Source: Octopus vulgaris | Lineage: Eukaryota | DNA length: 64,000 nt | Reading direction: 5' to 3' | Assembly (NCBI GenBank): GCA_951406725.2 | Contig: OX597820.1 | Span: 87,420,001-87,484,000, forward strand | Shown here: positions 24,778 to 37,272 of the stretch, piece after piece | Layout: each line of letters begins with the position of its first letter | How positions within the stretch are numbered: position 1 is the stretch's first letter | Program-made: the position numbers and the translations under genes | The notes under the pieces: generated by a model | What the model saw: the letters and a program-made list of their open reading frames with translations, nothing else | Database searches by the model: none | Told to the model about the DNA's origin: nothing

Positions 24778-24920
24778 ATTGGGTCAACCCATAGATAATG
24801 CGGTTTTTTCAGTTGCATAAACTAAAAGTCAGAGGGGGATGGGATAAACTATCTGCATCTGCTTGCTATAAAAGCAGGTAGTAATGTCACCTTGTTCTTA
24901 TTCTTTACCTTATTCTTATT
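24778..24920 (+). mobile_element. Truncated mariner-like terminus at a duplication boundary
   Basis: ta-ttgggtcaacccatagataatgcggtttttt resembles a mariner TIR after a TA tract. Homology to 7381+ starts right after it (~24924). Paralog at 39304-39460. Confidence 0.55.
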
Positions 24921-26481
24921 CTTATGTTATGCTCTGAATCCATGTTGTGAGCTGAGTGAGGGAATACATAGATTGATGATATCAAACATGAATGCTTCTT
25001 GAATTTTTTACAAAACCTATCATGTAGGATCTGCTATCAATGAGAAACTGGACTACTTACTCATTAAACTAACATGTAAATGGTTGAGTATTCCACAGAT
25101 AAATGTACTTTTAATGTTAATTCTCAGGCTGAATCAGACTAACACAATATAAAGCAGGATCTTTGGATTATAAGCACCATCCATCTGACAGGATTCCACA
25201 TAAAGTGAATTTTAATCACAGGGCTTAAGTCAACTCAAGGCTGTGGTATAAGACATTTCTCCAAGATGCTACACAGTAAGCATCTGCAAAACAAGAATAA
25301 CCACAGAACCTCTTTAACATTCTACAGTATGAGGATCAAGGGTTAGGTGTGATCTGAATGGCTAGTGTACCAGAGTGGATTGAGACATCGTAATTGACAA
25401 GTGAGTTCAGATGGATAATGGTACACTTATACTTACTAATTCTGAAAAGAAAACAGCATGAAAGTGCTACTTTGAAGGTTATTGAATATGAAGTCTTCCT
25501 AGCATAGTCCTAACAGAGGGACTAGTAGACAGCCATGTGATAAAACAATGAAATGCCTCATAGGTCTAGCAACCCAATTCTAATCTACGAATGTTGTTGC
25601 TTCATGTCAATATTTAAAAACTAGACGGCGCAATGAAATGATTTTTCCAGGGACATATAACGTTGGTAATCTTACAAACAAAAGCTCAGTTATGAGTCCC
25701 TCAAAGAGCCACAGCAGTCATTGACAAATGGTATATTATGAAATGGCTGCACTAAATTACATCATTGATCCTATAACTGAATCATGTGCAAACAATAGTG
25801 AAGTATTCTGGTGTAAGATAAAGACATTGGTTTCAATTTTTGGCACAAGGCCAGTAATTTAGTAATTTCAGGGGAGACGGTAAATCGATTATATCAACCC
25901 CATTGTTCAACTGGTACTTATTTTATTGACCTGGAAAGGATGAATGGCAAAGTCGACCTCAGCAGAATTTAAACTAAGACCATAAAGACAGACAAAATGC
26001 ATTTTACCTGGCATGCTAACAATTCTGCCAGTTCACCACTTCAAGGTATAGGATAAAGATATTAAAAAGAATAAGTAAGAAAATCTGGGTGTAATGAAGT
26101 GGTCTCATAAAATAAATGCCTTTACAGATATTGGTTTCATTTTTACACTAAAACACCATGACAAAGAAATAATGTTTTCCTAAACATTGGGAATTATCCT
26201 ATACAGAAAAATATTCATAAATATTAATGAATAGAAAGCTTTAGAAAATGTAAAGATTGTTACTTTATGTATTTTCAAATATTTTTCTTTATTTCCAAAT
26301 TATAAAAAAATTCACTTTTATGAGTTGATTATTAAGGTCTACCATTCTATCAAACATTAATTCAATGTTTTTATTATGGAATTTGGAAGAAGATGAATAA
26401 TGCAAGGCTATGATACAAACTTGTTTAATAAAATATATTCTAAATAAATGGAAGATGGTGTAAGTGGATTCTTTGGCTAGT

Positions 26482-27147
26482 TTACTTTGTCTTCACATAA
26501 CGTTTGTAGATTGGAATTAATTTCTTCATATCAGGAATAGTAGGTGTTACACTCTCCCTTTCAGAACAAGCAGTGAGCCATTTCTGGAACCGAGGATACC
26601 AATCAATATCAGATGGTATTTCAAAATTTTTATAATGTTTCAAAACTTCCAGCCTTTGCAACCATGGAAGCACCATTATATCAGCAAATGAAAATGAGTC
26701 CCCCATGAAGAAATTTCCAGTTGGAGACATGGCTTTCACAAAACTTCCAATATTTTCAACAAAAGATTTCTGTGTTTCACCAAGATTTTCAGGATCTGAT
26801 CTCAGAATAGCAAAAAATAATGGGATTATTTTACTTGTAGCATAATCACCCCAAATACGAACCTGAGCCTTATCATAAGGTTGTTCCATCATAATTTTGG
26901 GGTTTTGTGGCCAAGCTTCATCAATATATTCTACACATACAGCAGATTCATAAATAATTTTATCATCATGTACCAGCACTGGTACCAAGCCTCTTGGATT
27001 CAGTTTTAAAAACTCTTCAGTCTTGTTAGAAAGATCAGTTTCTTCATATTTAAAAGGAATTCCTTTCTCCAAGAGAGCAATCCAGAGTCGTTGAGCAAAT
27101 GGACAGTACCAGGCACTTAAAAAGCGAAGTTTAGTACTTTCAGACAT
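26482..27147 (-). CDS. GSTO: Glutathione S-transferase, omega-like Cys-GST, copy 2 (221 aa, chimeric)
   Basis: Same motifs as copy 1, with 7 amino-acid differences, all after residue 111. Acceptor AG at 27163-27164. Confidence 0.95.
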   Translation of the reverse strand: MSESTKLRFLSAWYCPFAQRLWIALLEKGIPFKYEETDLSNKTEEFLKLNPRGLVPVLVHDDKIIYESAVCVEYIDEAWPQNPKIMMEQPYDKAQVRIWGDYATSKIIPLFFAILRSDPENLGETQKSFVENIGSFVKAMSPTGNFFMGDSFSFADIMVLPWLQRLEVLKHYKNFEIPSDIDWYPRFQKWLTACSERESVTPTIPDMKKLIPIYKRYVKTK

Positions 27148-27340
27148 ATTGGGAAAAGGAACCTAAAAGAAAAAGAAGCAAAAATAGCTTAAATATATAT
27201 CCATAAACTATTAATCAATAATTCTGAGTAAAAACAAATATATTTTACATTTATAAATTACATTTGTATCTTTGTATTATGTCTGTTTTTCTATGCTAGC
27301 ATGAGTTAGACATGCATATTATTGAAGAAAAATTTTTAGT

Positions 27341-27926
27341 TAAGTTAATTTTGGCTCAAAAAGCAAAAAGCAAGGCCATGTAGGGGGACATGGAGTTATG
27401 TACAGGGTGCTGTTCATGTAAAAAGTTCAGGCCATTTGTGGTCAAGGGAGACTTTGAACCGAGCGGTTGTCGGCATCTTCACTATTTCGTCCGGCAGCTT
27501 ATTCCACGGAACCGCAACCCGGACGGAGAAAGCCCCTCTCCTTCGATTGAGATGAAATCGTCACAGATAGAGCTTTTCGGAGTGACCCTGCAGCCGACGC
27601 TCTGGAGCAGGAGTGAAGAACAGCTCTTTCGAGAGGTTACACTTTCCGCTTATAATGTTGTGAGCAAGAATGAGATCACCACGGTGTCGTTGTTTTTCTA
27701 GAGAATAAAGGTCGAGCGTCTTCAGCCTTTCTTCATAAGACAAATGCTTGAGACCAAGAACCATGCGGGTAGCCAGCTTCTGGACTCTTTCGAGATGATG
27801 TATGTCTTTGAGGAGATAAGGAGAAGAGGCTTGAATCCCATACTCCAACATGGGTCTCACCAGCGTGACATAGAGCGGTAGGAATATGGCTGCTGTGAGC
27901 ATTCCGAATGACCATCGAATCAGAAA
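27341..27926 (-). mobile_element. CR1-group LINE fragment, duplicate of 10391-10976
   Basis: ORF 27561-27902 gives the same translation as 10611-10952. Confidence 0.93.
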
Positions 27927-29919
27927 CAGATGCCCTTTTTATCATTAAGTCTTACCTGCTTTTCTAGTAAGGGAATTTTCATTCCATTCTTTTTAAAAAG
28001 TGCAGGACTACCAGATGACTTGTTGATGGGGAAATGCCAACAAATTTCATGGTTTGAAGCTCAGTGATATTCTGGAGATGTGCAATATGTAAACATTTAC
28101 ACATACACACACAAAAGCATACATATATACATATATAAAGGATTTTGTACATTTTCCATTTACCAAATTCACTTACATGACCCAGAGCTATAGTTGAAGA
28201 CACTTGCCCAAGGAGGGGTGCAATGGGACTAAACAAAAAAAATATTGTGTGAATAAAAGGGTCATAAGCTGGCAGAATCCACTGATATAAGACCAAAGAT
28301 ATAAACATGTGCAAATAACTTCTAAATTTCACCATTAATTTATACACACAGAGAACAGGAAAAGTGAAAAATTTATTCTTATTCTTAAGAGATAGACCAC
28401 AGGGAGGGGTATGACCTGTATCTGTTTGCTCAGCTTGCAAGAACTCCCACAAATCATACTCTTTACTTTTGAAAAACAAAACAGACACAGAGGACAACAT
28501 AACCTTAAGATGGTATGGTCATGGCAGGAATGGCATGAATTATAGATTTGTTTGCTTGCACAACACTAAAGTGGGGTTAAACAATAATGTGGAGGAGTTT
28601 CTTTGTGGTTGTTCACGCTATAAGAAATAGCAGCCAATTTCTCTCAAATCACAACTAATATTTTACAAAGGAGATTAATATACTGAATAACGTAGACACA
28701 TTAAGTTTGGACAAAAAGTAAATAAAATGGTCACAGCTGGAATATTGATTATTGTGGGCCTCCTCACTTAGAGATGACTTTTGACTTAACAACTACATCA
28801 ATAAATTGATAATAAACCAACAACGGCGCTTTTATAGTCGTAGTATACTAGGAGGATAACCTGCCTATGTCACTACGTTGACCTAATTAAAGTTTTGCTC
28901 TTTCAGTAATATGCACTGATGAATGAAAGGAGAAAGGGAATATGAAAGAAAATATGTAAAAAATGAAAATATTAGCAAAGGGATGAAGGGGAAGAGTGAG
29001 AGGTGACAGCTTGTGATTATACTATTTAGCTCTCTTCTTTGTACCCGCTTTTATTAACACAAATACAAAACACAAATATACATGTCCTCCCCCACTCTTC
29101 TCTTTCAACTCAGCTGAATATGCAGGAATTAAGCCTTAAGCCTATAGCTGTTACCAATTCAACAAAACTGTTTTAGCTTTAGTAAAACAGTGCCGCGGCG
29201 AGTTGGCAGAAACGTTAGCACGCCGGGCGAAATGCGTAGCCGCATTTCGTCTGCCGTTACGTGAGTTCACAAACCCCCGAGGTTGACTTTGCCTTTCATC
29301 CTTTCGGGGTCGATAAATTAAGTACCAGTTACGCACTGGAGTCTATGTAATTGACTTAATCCCTTTGTCTGTCCCCTCTATGTTTAGCCCCTTGTGGGCA
29401 ATAAAGAAATATATCTTTTCAAAGAGGATTTCTTTTCTTGACAAAAAGAGTAATACAGTGCAATGGAGTGGGGATTTATAGCCCAGCGGTTAGGGTGTTG
29501 CACTCATGATCACAAGATCGTGGTTTCAATTTCTAGACAGGGTGGTGTGTTGTGTTCTTGAACAAAACACTTCATCTCACGTTGCTTTGCAGTCAGTTCG
29601 ACGCCTGACACTTAGCACACCATGCACTTGTTCCAACAAGATCAATTTAATAGAGGGAGTGAACTAACGTATAGTACGTACATTTTCTTTTTTTTTTTTC
29701 TTCTATTTGTTTCAGTCATTTGACTGCGGCCATGCTGGAGCACCGCCTTTTGTCGAGCAAATCAACCCCAGGACATATTCTTTGTAAGCCTAGTACTTAT
29801 TCTATTTGTCTCTCTAAGCGCTAAGTTACGGGGATGTAAACACATCAGCATCAGTTGTCAAGCAATGTTGGGAGGACAAACACAGACACACAAACATATA
29901 TATACATACATACATATAT

Positions 29920-30191
29920 ATCATCATCATCATCGTTTAACGTCCGTTTTCCATGCTAGCATGGGTTGGACGGTTCGACTGGAATCTGGGAAGCCAGAAG
30001 GCTGCACCAGGCTCCAGTCTGATCTGGCAGTGTTTCTACAGCTGGATGCCCTTCCTAACGCCAACCACTCCGTGAGTGTAGTGGGTGCTTTTTACATGCC
30101 ACCAGCACAGGTGCCAGGCGAGGCTGGCAACTGCCACGATCAGATTGGTGCTTTTTACGTGCCACTGGCACGGAAGCCAGATGAGGCAGTG

Positions 30192-30195
<4 letters not shown>
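29920..30195 (-). mobile_element. RTE 3'-end insertion inside SINE A (29700-30390)
   Basis: Duplicate of 12922-13203. Confidence 0.88.
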
Positions 30196-30223
<28 letters not shown>

Positions 30224-31678
30224 CGACGGGCTTCTTTTCAGATTCCATCTACCAAATCCACTCACAAAGCTTTGGTAGGCCCGAGGCTAAAGTAGAAGAC
30301 ACTCGCCCAAGGTGTCACACAGTGGGACTGAACCCAGAACCATGTGGTTGGTAAGCAAGTTACTTACCACACAGCCACTCCTGCACCTATAGACAAATCA
30401 TTTGTGCAAGTCATGCATCAAAAAAGCTGAACACTCATATATTTTCTTTGATAGGAAAGTCCATCATCATTTAAAAAAAAAAACTGATGTTGATAACTTA
30501 GAGATGCCATCTGCATGAGAATTAATAGTGAAGAGGTTGTCATAACATTTAGCTTTCCTGTGTTCAACATGCACTTGTTTGGGTAACATTGATTTGATGG
30601 AGGGAGCAAGCTAAATGATGGGAGAGTCCATCATTATTGTAATTTAAAAAAATTTTTTTGCAGGATTGAAATATAAGAAAATGAAGTCAGGTATCTACAA
30701 AAATAATTTTGGTTTTTCTGAGTGAGGGAAATGAATAATTAAATATTTAAAAGTAGATTGTTTTACAGATTTTTGTGCACACTTCTTAAAAGCCTCATTA
30801 GTTAACTTAAGAAGTTAACTAAGTCAAATTTACAATTTCACAAACGATGTGTTGACTCCTAATTATTTAACAGTTAGAAATGTGTTGACTCCTAATTATT
30901 TAACAGTTAGAAATGTGTTGATGGGCAAATTTTATTCTTTGTGTGTTCTATTTCTTCATCTTCGGACTGCATCACCAGCATTTGTTTACTCGATCCCACC
31001 ACAACCATCCACTCCCGGGTGTATTTATCGACACCCAAGGATTGTCTATTCGACCAAAATAATCGGCATCAACAACTTAAAGAAGCCCTGGTGTAGACTA
31101 TATTTAAAGTAGCGGTAAGAAATCTTATAACACAACAAAGCTGGCTCTATGTCGTTGCTCGAGCTGCTAGAAATAGCAGCGAAATCTCCCCTTTGAAATT
31201 GGCTGTACAATCTTATAAATAAAGTAAAAATGACACATTGAATAATGCAATCCACCCTGAATAAAACTAAATACGAGAGGCACACAGCTGGAATACTAGA
31301 TCAGGATTGATCTGGGGCTAAACAACAACAAACTGTGAGCTTCTCCATAGTAGCTCTATCTGCTAGAAATAACTATTTCTTTACTACCCACAAGGGGTTA
31401 AACACAGAGAGGACAAACAAGAACAGACAAACGGATTAAGTCGATTATATCGACCCCAGTGCGTAACTGGTACTTATTTAATCGACCCCGAAAAGATGAA
31501 AGGCAAAGTCGACCTCGGCGGAATTTGAACTCAGAACGAAACGGCAGACGAAATACGGCTACGCATTTCGCCCGGCGTGCTAACGTTTCTGCCCTGCTAG
31601 AAATAACTAAGTTCCTTGAAAACATCATCCATCGTCTTGAAAAGAAAAGACTTGTATGACGTTTTGTATAATGTATCT

Positions 31679-31714
<36 letters not shown>

Positions 31715-32000
31715 TTTAAAAACAAACGGGATCATCACGGCTGGAACGCCTTTGATCAGTTCAATCAGTGCTGAAACCAGTAATAAACATCAAATAACAA
31801 TAACTAATATAGTAAGTTTAAACATCGGTGAATTAAGATTATCCACGTATAAAAAAAACACAGAAGTCTCTTTAGGAATAATTAAAAAACAAAAATAGAA
31901 AGTCAGTCAATGAAAAACCCTGTCTACAGTGTGTGTGTATTCAAAAACGCTTGCTGGGGTACTTTTCCGCAGATTTTATTTAACACATGCTTTTACTTAC

Positions 32001-32060
32001 CTCACTGCAAACAACTCGAGCGAACTTGTGCAAACAAGTAATTTCACTTGCTTCTTCCCG
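32001..32060 (-). other. Candidate non-coding first exon of GST copy 2
   Basis: Donor GAG|GTAAGT (plus strand acttacctc, 31995-32003). TATATAAG on the minus strand at 32078-32085. Confidence 0.55.
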
Positions 32061-32556
32061 TACAAGTACGTATGTAGCTTATATATGGAGTATGCGTCAA
32101 TATATACCCAGAAAACAGGTATTGAATGAACACATGACCTTCAATGTGTGCGTGTGTGCTTGCATGTGCATACGTGTTTAAATTCCTCTCTCTCTCTCTC
32201 TCTCTCTCATCCTCTCTGTCGAAAAGAAGTCGGCTGTAGTAGTATCAAGAGAGGTATGGGTTCCGCCAGATCTAAACCTACTTGTAGCGGTAGCTCTGCC
32301 ACCAAAGAAGCAAAGCAAGTTCAATGCTCTGTGTATAGGGGTGGGGGGGTGCTTACACAAATGTGCCGAACTCCGACTTTAACTTCCAGAAAAATGGAAA
32401 TTATTTAAAGAAAGTTTCTACAAATACTCTTCAGATGAGTAGATTCTGATTGCATAGGAATTTGTAGGGGGAAAAAATTCCGTGGGTGGGCTTTGCTGCC
32501 CTAAAATGGGTACGTTTTAAATGAAATTTTCAACAAGTACCTTTCAGAGTGTGTAG

Positions 32557-32868
32557 GGTGCTACTTAAGACGAGTGGTCCCGGTGCGCGCACTCGTGTAC
32601 TCGCGCGTCCGCGCTAGCATGTCGTGACTAGTCGATCCTACAACGACTATCTAGCAAAGTAAATGAAACACAAAATAAATAATTTTTTTACCCAAAGCAA
32701 ATAATTTTTTAAAAACAAAGTAAATAAAACACAAACACACAAAGTAAATAATTATTTTAAAAAATAAAATAAATAAAACAAATACACAAAGTAAGGATCG
32801 ACTAGTCACAACTAGCTACAGCGGATGCGCGAGTGCGCGCACCGGGACCACTCTTCTTAAGTAGTACC
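32557..32868. mobile_element. Merlin-like MITE, duplicate of 17503-17812
   Basis: Same TIRs and 8-bp TSD. Confidence 0.85.
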
Positions 32869-33520
32869 GGGTGTAGATTACGATTATATCAGAATTTGAT
32901 AAGAAAAAGACAAAAAAAATGGGCATGACACATAATTCTTTCCGAAATTTCAAGTTTCATTTTGTAAACATGTAAATGTGTGTCAGTACGTATACTCTTT
33001 TACTCTTTTACTTGTTTCAGTCATTTGACTGCGGCCATGCTGGAGCACCACCTTTAGTCGAGCAAATCGACCCCGGGACTTATTCCTTGCAAGCCCAGTA
33101 CTTATTCTATCGGTCTCTTTTGCCGAACCGCTAGGTGACGGGGACGTAAACACACCAGCATAGGTTGTCAAGCAATGCTAGGGGGACAAACACACACATA
33201 TACATACATATACATATATACGACAGGCTTCTTTCAGTTTCCGTCTACCAAATCCACTCACAAGGCATTGGTTGGGCCGGGGTTATAGCAGAAGACACTT
33301 GCCCAAGATGCCACGCAGTGGGACTGAACCCGGAACCATGTGGCTGGTTAGCAAGCTAATTACCACACAACCACTCCTGTGTACGAGTCCACCAATTTTT
33401 TTTTTTTTTTTTTTTTGCATACCATTTTCCCGAGATAATCGTAATCTACGGACACTGAAAGGTATGTGCTGAAAATTTTAATAAAAAATACCCATTTTCC
33501 TGAAACTTAGGAGGAAACAA

Positions 33521-35335
33521 ATGATCGTGCTGTGTGTGCATTCTGCTGTGACTCTGTCATATGTCTTACATCAAGTGTACAAAGACACTATCAAACTAGA
33601 CATCAGACAGACTACATTTAAAAACTCTGATGAGAAAAGTGAAGCCGTATAAAGGAATATTTCTGGTTACGAAAAAAGCAGTTATGTTTTTGTTCAAATG
33701 CTTTGAGCCAAAAATAAAGCCAACGAATGTAATTACACGATTGCTGAAATGAATAGCTGAGAAAGGTAAACCTTTTACAGATGGAGAATTTATTTTAAAA
33801 AATGCTTTTCTGAGAAGTGCTAAAATTTTGTTCTGTGATTTCCCAAAAGCTGAAACAATACGGTCTCGAATTCAAGAAATCTCAGCTTCTGCAAGATCAA
33901 CTGAGAAACGTGTAACTGATATAGCTGAAAACATAATAATAAAACAAAAAGGTTGGATTACAAAAAGCTGCTGCATTCAGTGACGCTATTGATGCAAGTA
34001 TTGACGTGAATGACATGGCGCGCCTAGCAATTGTTGTAAGATAGTGTGACAATGGTCGTATTTATGAAGAATTATGTTGTTTGACTCATCTTGCCAATAC
34101 AACTACAAGACAGGACATTCTGACTGCATTTGTAAATTATTTCGAAAATCAAGCCATTAATATAAATAAAATATTTTGTATTACTACCGATGGAGTACGT
34201 GCAATGGTTTGAAAGGAAAAAAGATTTGTTAAATTTCTTGAAAATCATATTGGACGCAGTGTAATGAGTTTTAATTGCATTATACATCAAGAAAACTTAG
34301 TCACAAAGCTTGAGTTCTGTCTTGGAGACTATTATTAAAATAGTTAACTTCATAGTTTCTCGCTCTTTGTAATTTAAGTCCCTTCTGCAAGAATTGGACA
34401 GCGAATATGCAGACCTCCCACTCACAGTAATGTCCGTTAGCTTAGTCGGGGTAATGTTTTGAACAGATTTGTATCATGTTAGATATTTTGGTGGGTGATA
34501 TACTTAGCAACACTTACAAATACTTTCCATATGTAAAGGCTCATTCAAATCGATTTAATGTTAATAAAAATGAACTTCAAAAATATATTGCAACGTTGAA
34601 AGAAGAATTTTCCAAGCGAGGTAAAGATTTCGAAACTTACGCTCCTATATTTTATTTTCTCATAAAACCCGACTTGATTGATTTGAAAACGAACTCATTT
34701 GATCTATTACTTTTTGAGTGGATGCACGTCAACAGTTTTGAAATGGAAATTATTGAATTAACAACTGCAGAATGGTGGAAAACAAAATTTGTGGAACTAC
34801 GAAAAACTCTTGGAAGAAGCTGCTTGGAGAAGTGTGTGTGTGTGTGTATACATCTTCAATTGATGGATGTCGTTGCCTGAAGATTTAATTCTTTGAAGTA
34901 AATCTCATATACTCTGCTTTCAGCCTTCGGCTGAACATACGCATGCGAACAAAATTTTTCCCATATGAAATCTGTTTTGAGTCCTCAAAGAAGTTGTCTG
35001 GCAATTCAATATTGGGAAGCTTATAAATTATGCTCATAAATTATGCACCTGATATTGAGAAATTAAGCAAAAATGTACAGGGGCAAGGTTCTCATTAATT
35101 TATAGAAATTTAATGTAACTGTTGTTTATAACTTGTTTATAATTTGAGAGAAAAAAATTAATTAATATTCTAAATAAAATAATATTTGTTCCCGTGCAAT
35201 TTGAATAATTAAAGGATTAATAAAATGGATTTCTTTAATAGCGAGTTCCAAAAGCATAAACTCTACAAAACCTCATATTACTAAAAGTAGTAATATGAGG
35301 TTGGCACTCCTTTATCAAATGGTTGCCAAAGCCTG
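33521..35335 (+). mobile_element. Degenerate hAT transposon, duplicate of 18463-20234
   Basis: ORF 34476-34880 matches 19413-19808. TIR ggttgccaaagcctg ends at 35335. Confidence 0.9.
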
Positions 35336-36919
35336 ATCTAAAGCATAATATTAAGAAATTTTACAAACACCATACAAACTCTACCTCCAATAAAATCGCC
35401 TATAGAATAATGAACACCTAGAGAGCGTAGATCTTGTGATTTGCGACCAACTGAAGCACTTAGAGTTGAACTCGTGTTTTTCTTTCTTTGTCTTATTTTC
35501 TTCCTCTTTGTATCCTTTTCTTTCTTCACTTATGTTTGTGTTCCCTCGGTTCTGTTTTCGTATTTTAATGTGGTTTTGTTTTATATATGTGTAGTGAATC
35601 TTGCATGCATGAAGTGGATTTGATCCACCATAGCCAAATTTAAATTAACACTGCAACAGAACTTTTCCCACGATCGAACAATGGTTTTTTCTCTGACAGC
35701 AGTTTTACATTTTCCAGATGCCTTTAGCTAGGCCGAAATAATGTCTTCACCACTTGACCCTTTCTAACTTCTTCTACTTCACCAAATGCTAGAATAGAGA
35801 TAACAAGACCACCAACTAAATCTATTGTTCTCAATGATATATCTATTCTTCTGGATCTTTATATAAGCAAGCACACCCCAAGCAAAAATCAGTCCGTCAC
35901 AGTCGTGACGACTCAACGAAGTCTGGCTGACCAGCTAGAAACTTTGGTCAGAGGGAGAAAGCAACTGTCAAACAACACCCAACAATTCTCTCTGGCTCTA
36001 ATTCTGTTCTCTTACATCATTCTATCTCTCTCTGTAATTACTACTAAACAATGAAGAGGACACAAACACAAACTTTACTTCGCATGCTTTTGGATCTATC
36101 ATTAACCTGGTCGTCGAGGCTAGGTATTTGTAACGTAACGGAAAATAAATATTTCCTTAAAACTTAATGCATTATCCACCTTTCACATCTTACAGTATGC
36201 AATAACAACAAATCTTTTTCGTCACAACTGCCTCCACCGACAATTCTTAATATTGTTTACCAATCTAATTTCAACCGTTACATATGTATCGTGTACATGC
36301 ATATTATATATGTAATTAATGAATTATCTAAATTAAAAGAACGAATTTTAAAAAAATTGGGGAGCGAATTTTTCGAAATTTTTCTTTTTTAAAGCAAGCT
36401 TTCAAACACAGACAGTCCGACATTTTTGCTTAAATCTGAGCAATAAACTATTAAATATATTTGTGGTGGGAAAGATATTGAAAAATATCAATACGTCAGA
36501 GTGACAAAGAAACGAGGAGGGTATCAGATGGTCGTGAGATGCGCAAAATATAACAGCGAAGTAGCCCTTAAAGCTTATTTTTGTTTTTTGCATAAGCGTA
36601 TGAATTCCCTCGTATAGAACACAAATATCAAAAAATTTTCTGAAAATTCCAAAAAATAAAAAGCTAAAGTAGAATTGCGCCCTTATTTATTTACCGCGAA
36701 GATTCATGTAATCAATAAAAACGTTAAAAAATGGATTGCAGAATTTGGGGAACCAACAAGTCGTGGGAAAAGAATCCTTGCGCATTCTATCATACTATAG
36801 GCCTCAAAACCCAGCATAAGGCCACCCTATCCCGCCAAGAGGCTTCTTTTTCTTTGTCATTCACGTTAGTCGGCAACCTTAACCTGTGTCAGTGTAATGA
36901 TAAAGCAACCAGTACATAT

Positions 36920-37272
36920 TAAGTGGTAGGAACAGCATCCAACTGTCGGACGTCATAGTCTGCAACTCCTTTACTCCCTCCCATATCCTGGATGCTGCGG
37001 TTAATGGGAGGGTCACTGCTGCTGTAGCCGAATGGGGGGAAAACCCCTGATGTATAGGGACAAGATACTGAACTATCTCTTCCAATCTGTGGCGCTTGAG
37101 ATGTTCGGAGGGACTGGGACACTAACCGCGAAGTTCTTGTCAACGTTGGCAGCTCGCCTCAGCGAGGTGTCAGGTGATGCCTGAGGGCGCTTGGCTTTGC
37201 TAACGACTTCGCCTCATCATCACCCGAGGTAATGCTGCGAACGCGCTGGCTTGCTTCCGTAGGTTCCGTTAA
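36920..37272 (+). mobile_element. CRE-clade retrotransposon remnant, duplicate of 22400-22757
   Basis: Colinear, with more frame disruption. Confidence 0.7.

Noticed and set aside
26482-27147. S-crystallin assignment for the GST array
   Set aside because: S-crystallins are sigma-class with an N-terminal Tyr and multi-exon genes. These proteins have the CPFA cysteine motif.
30847-30920. 33-bp tandem duplication extending an ORF (MLTPNYLTVRNV twice)
   Set aside because: A real microduplication in unit 2, but the ORF has no coding hallmarks and lies antisense in a predicted intron.
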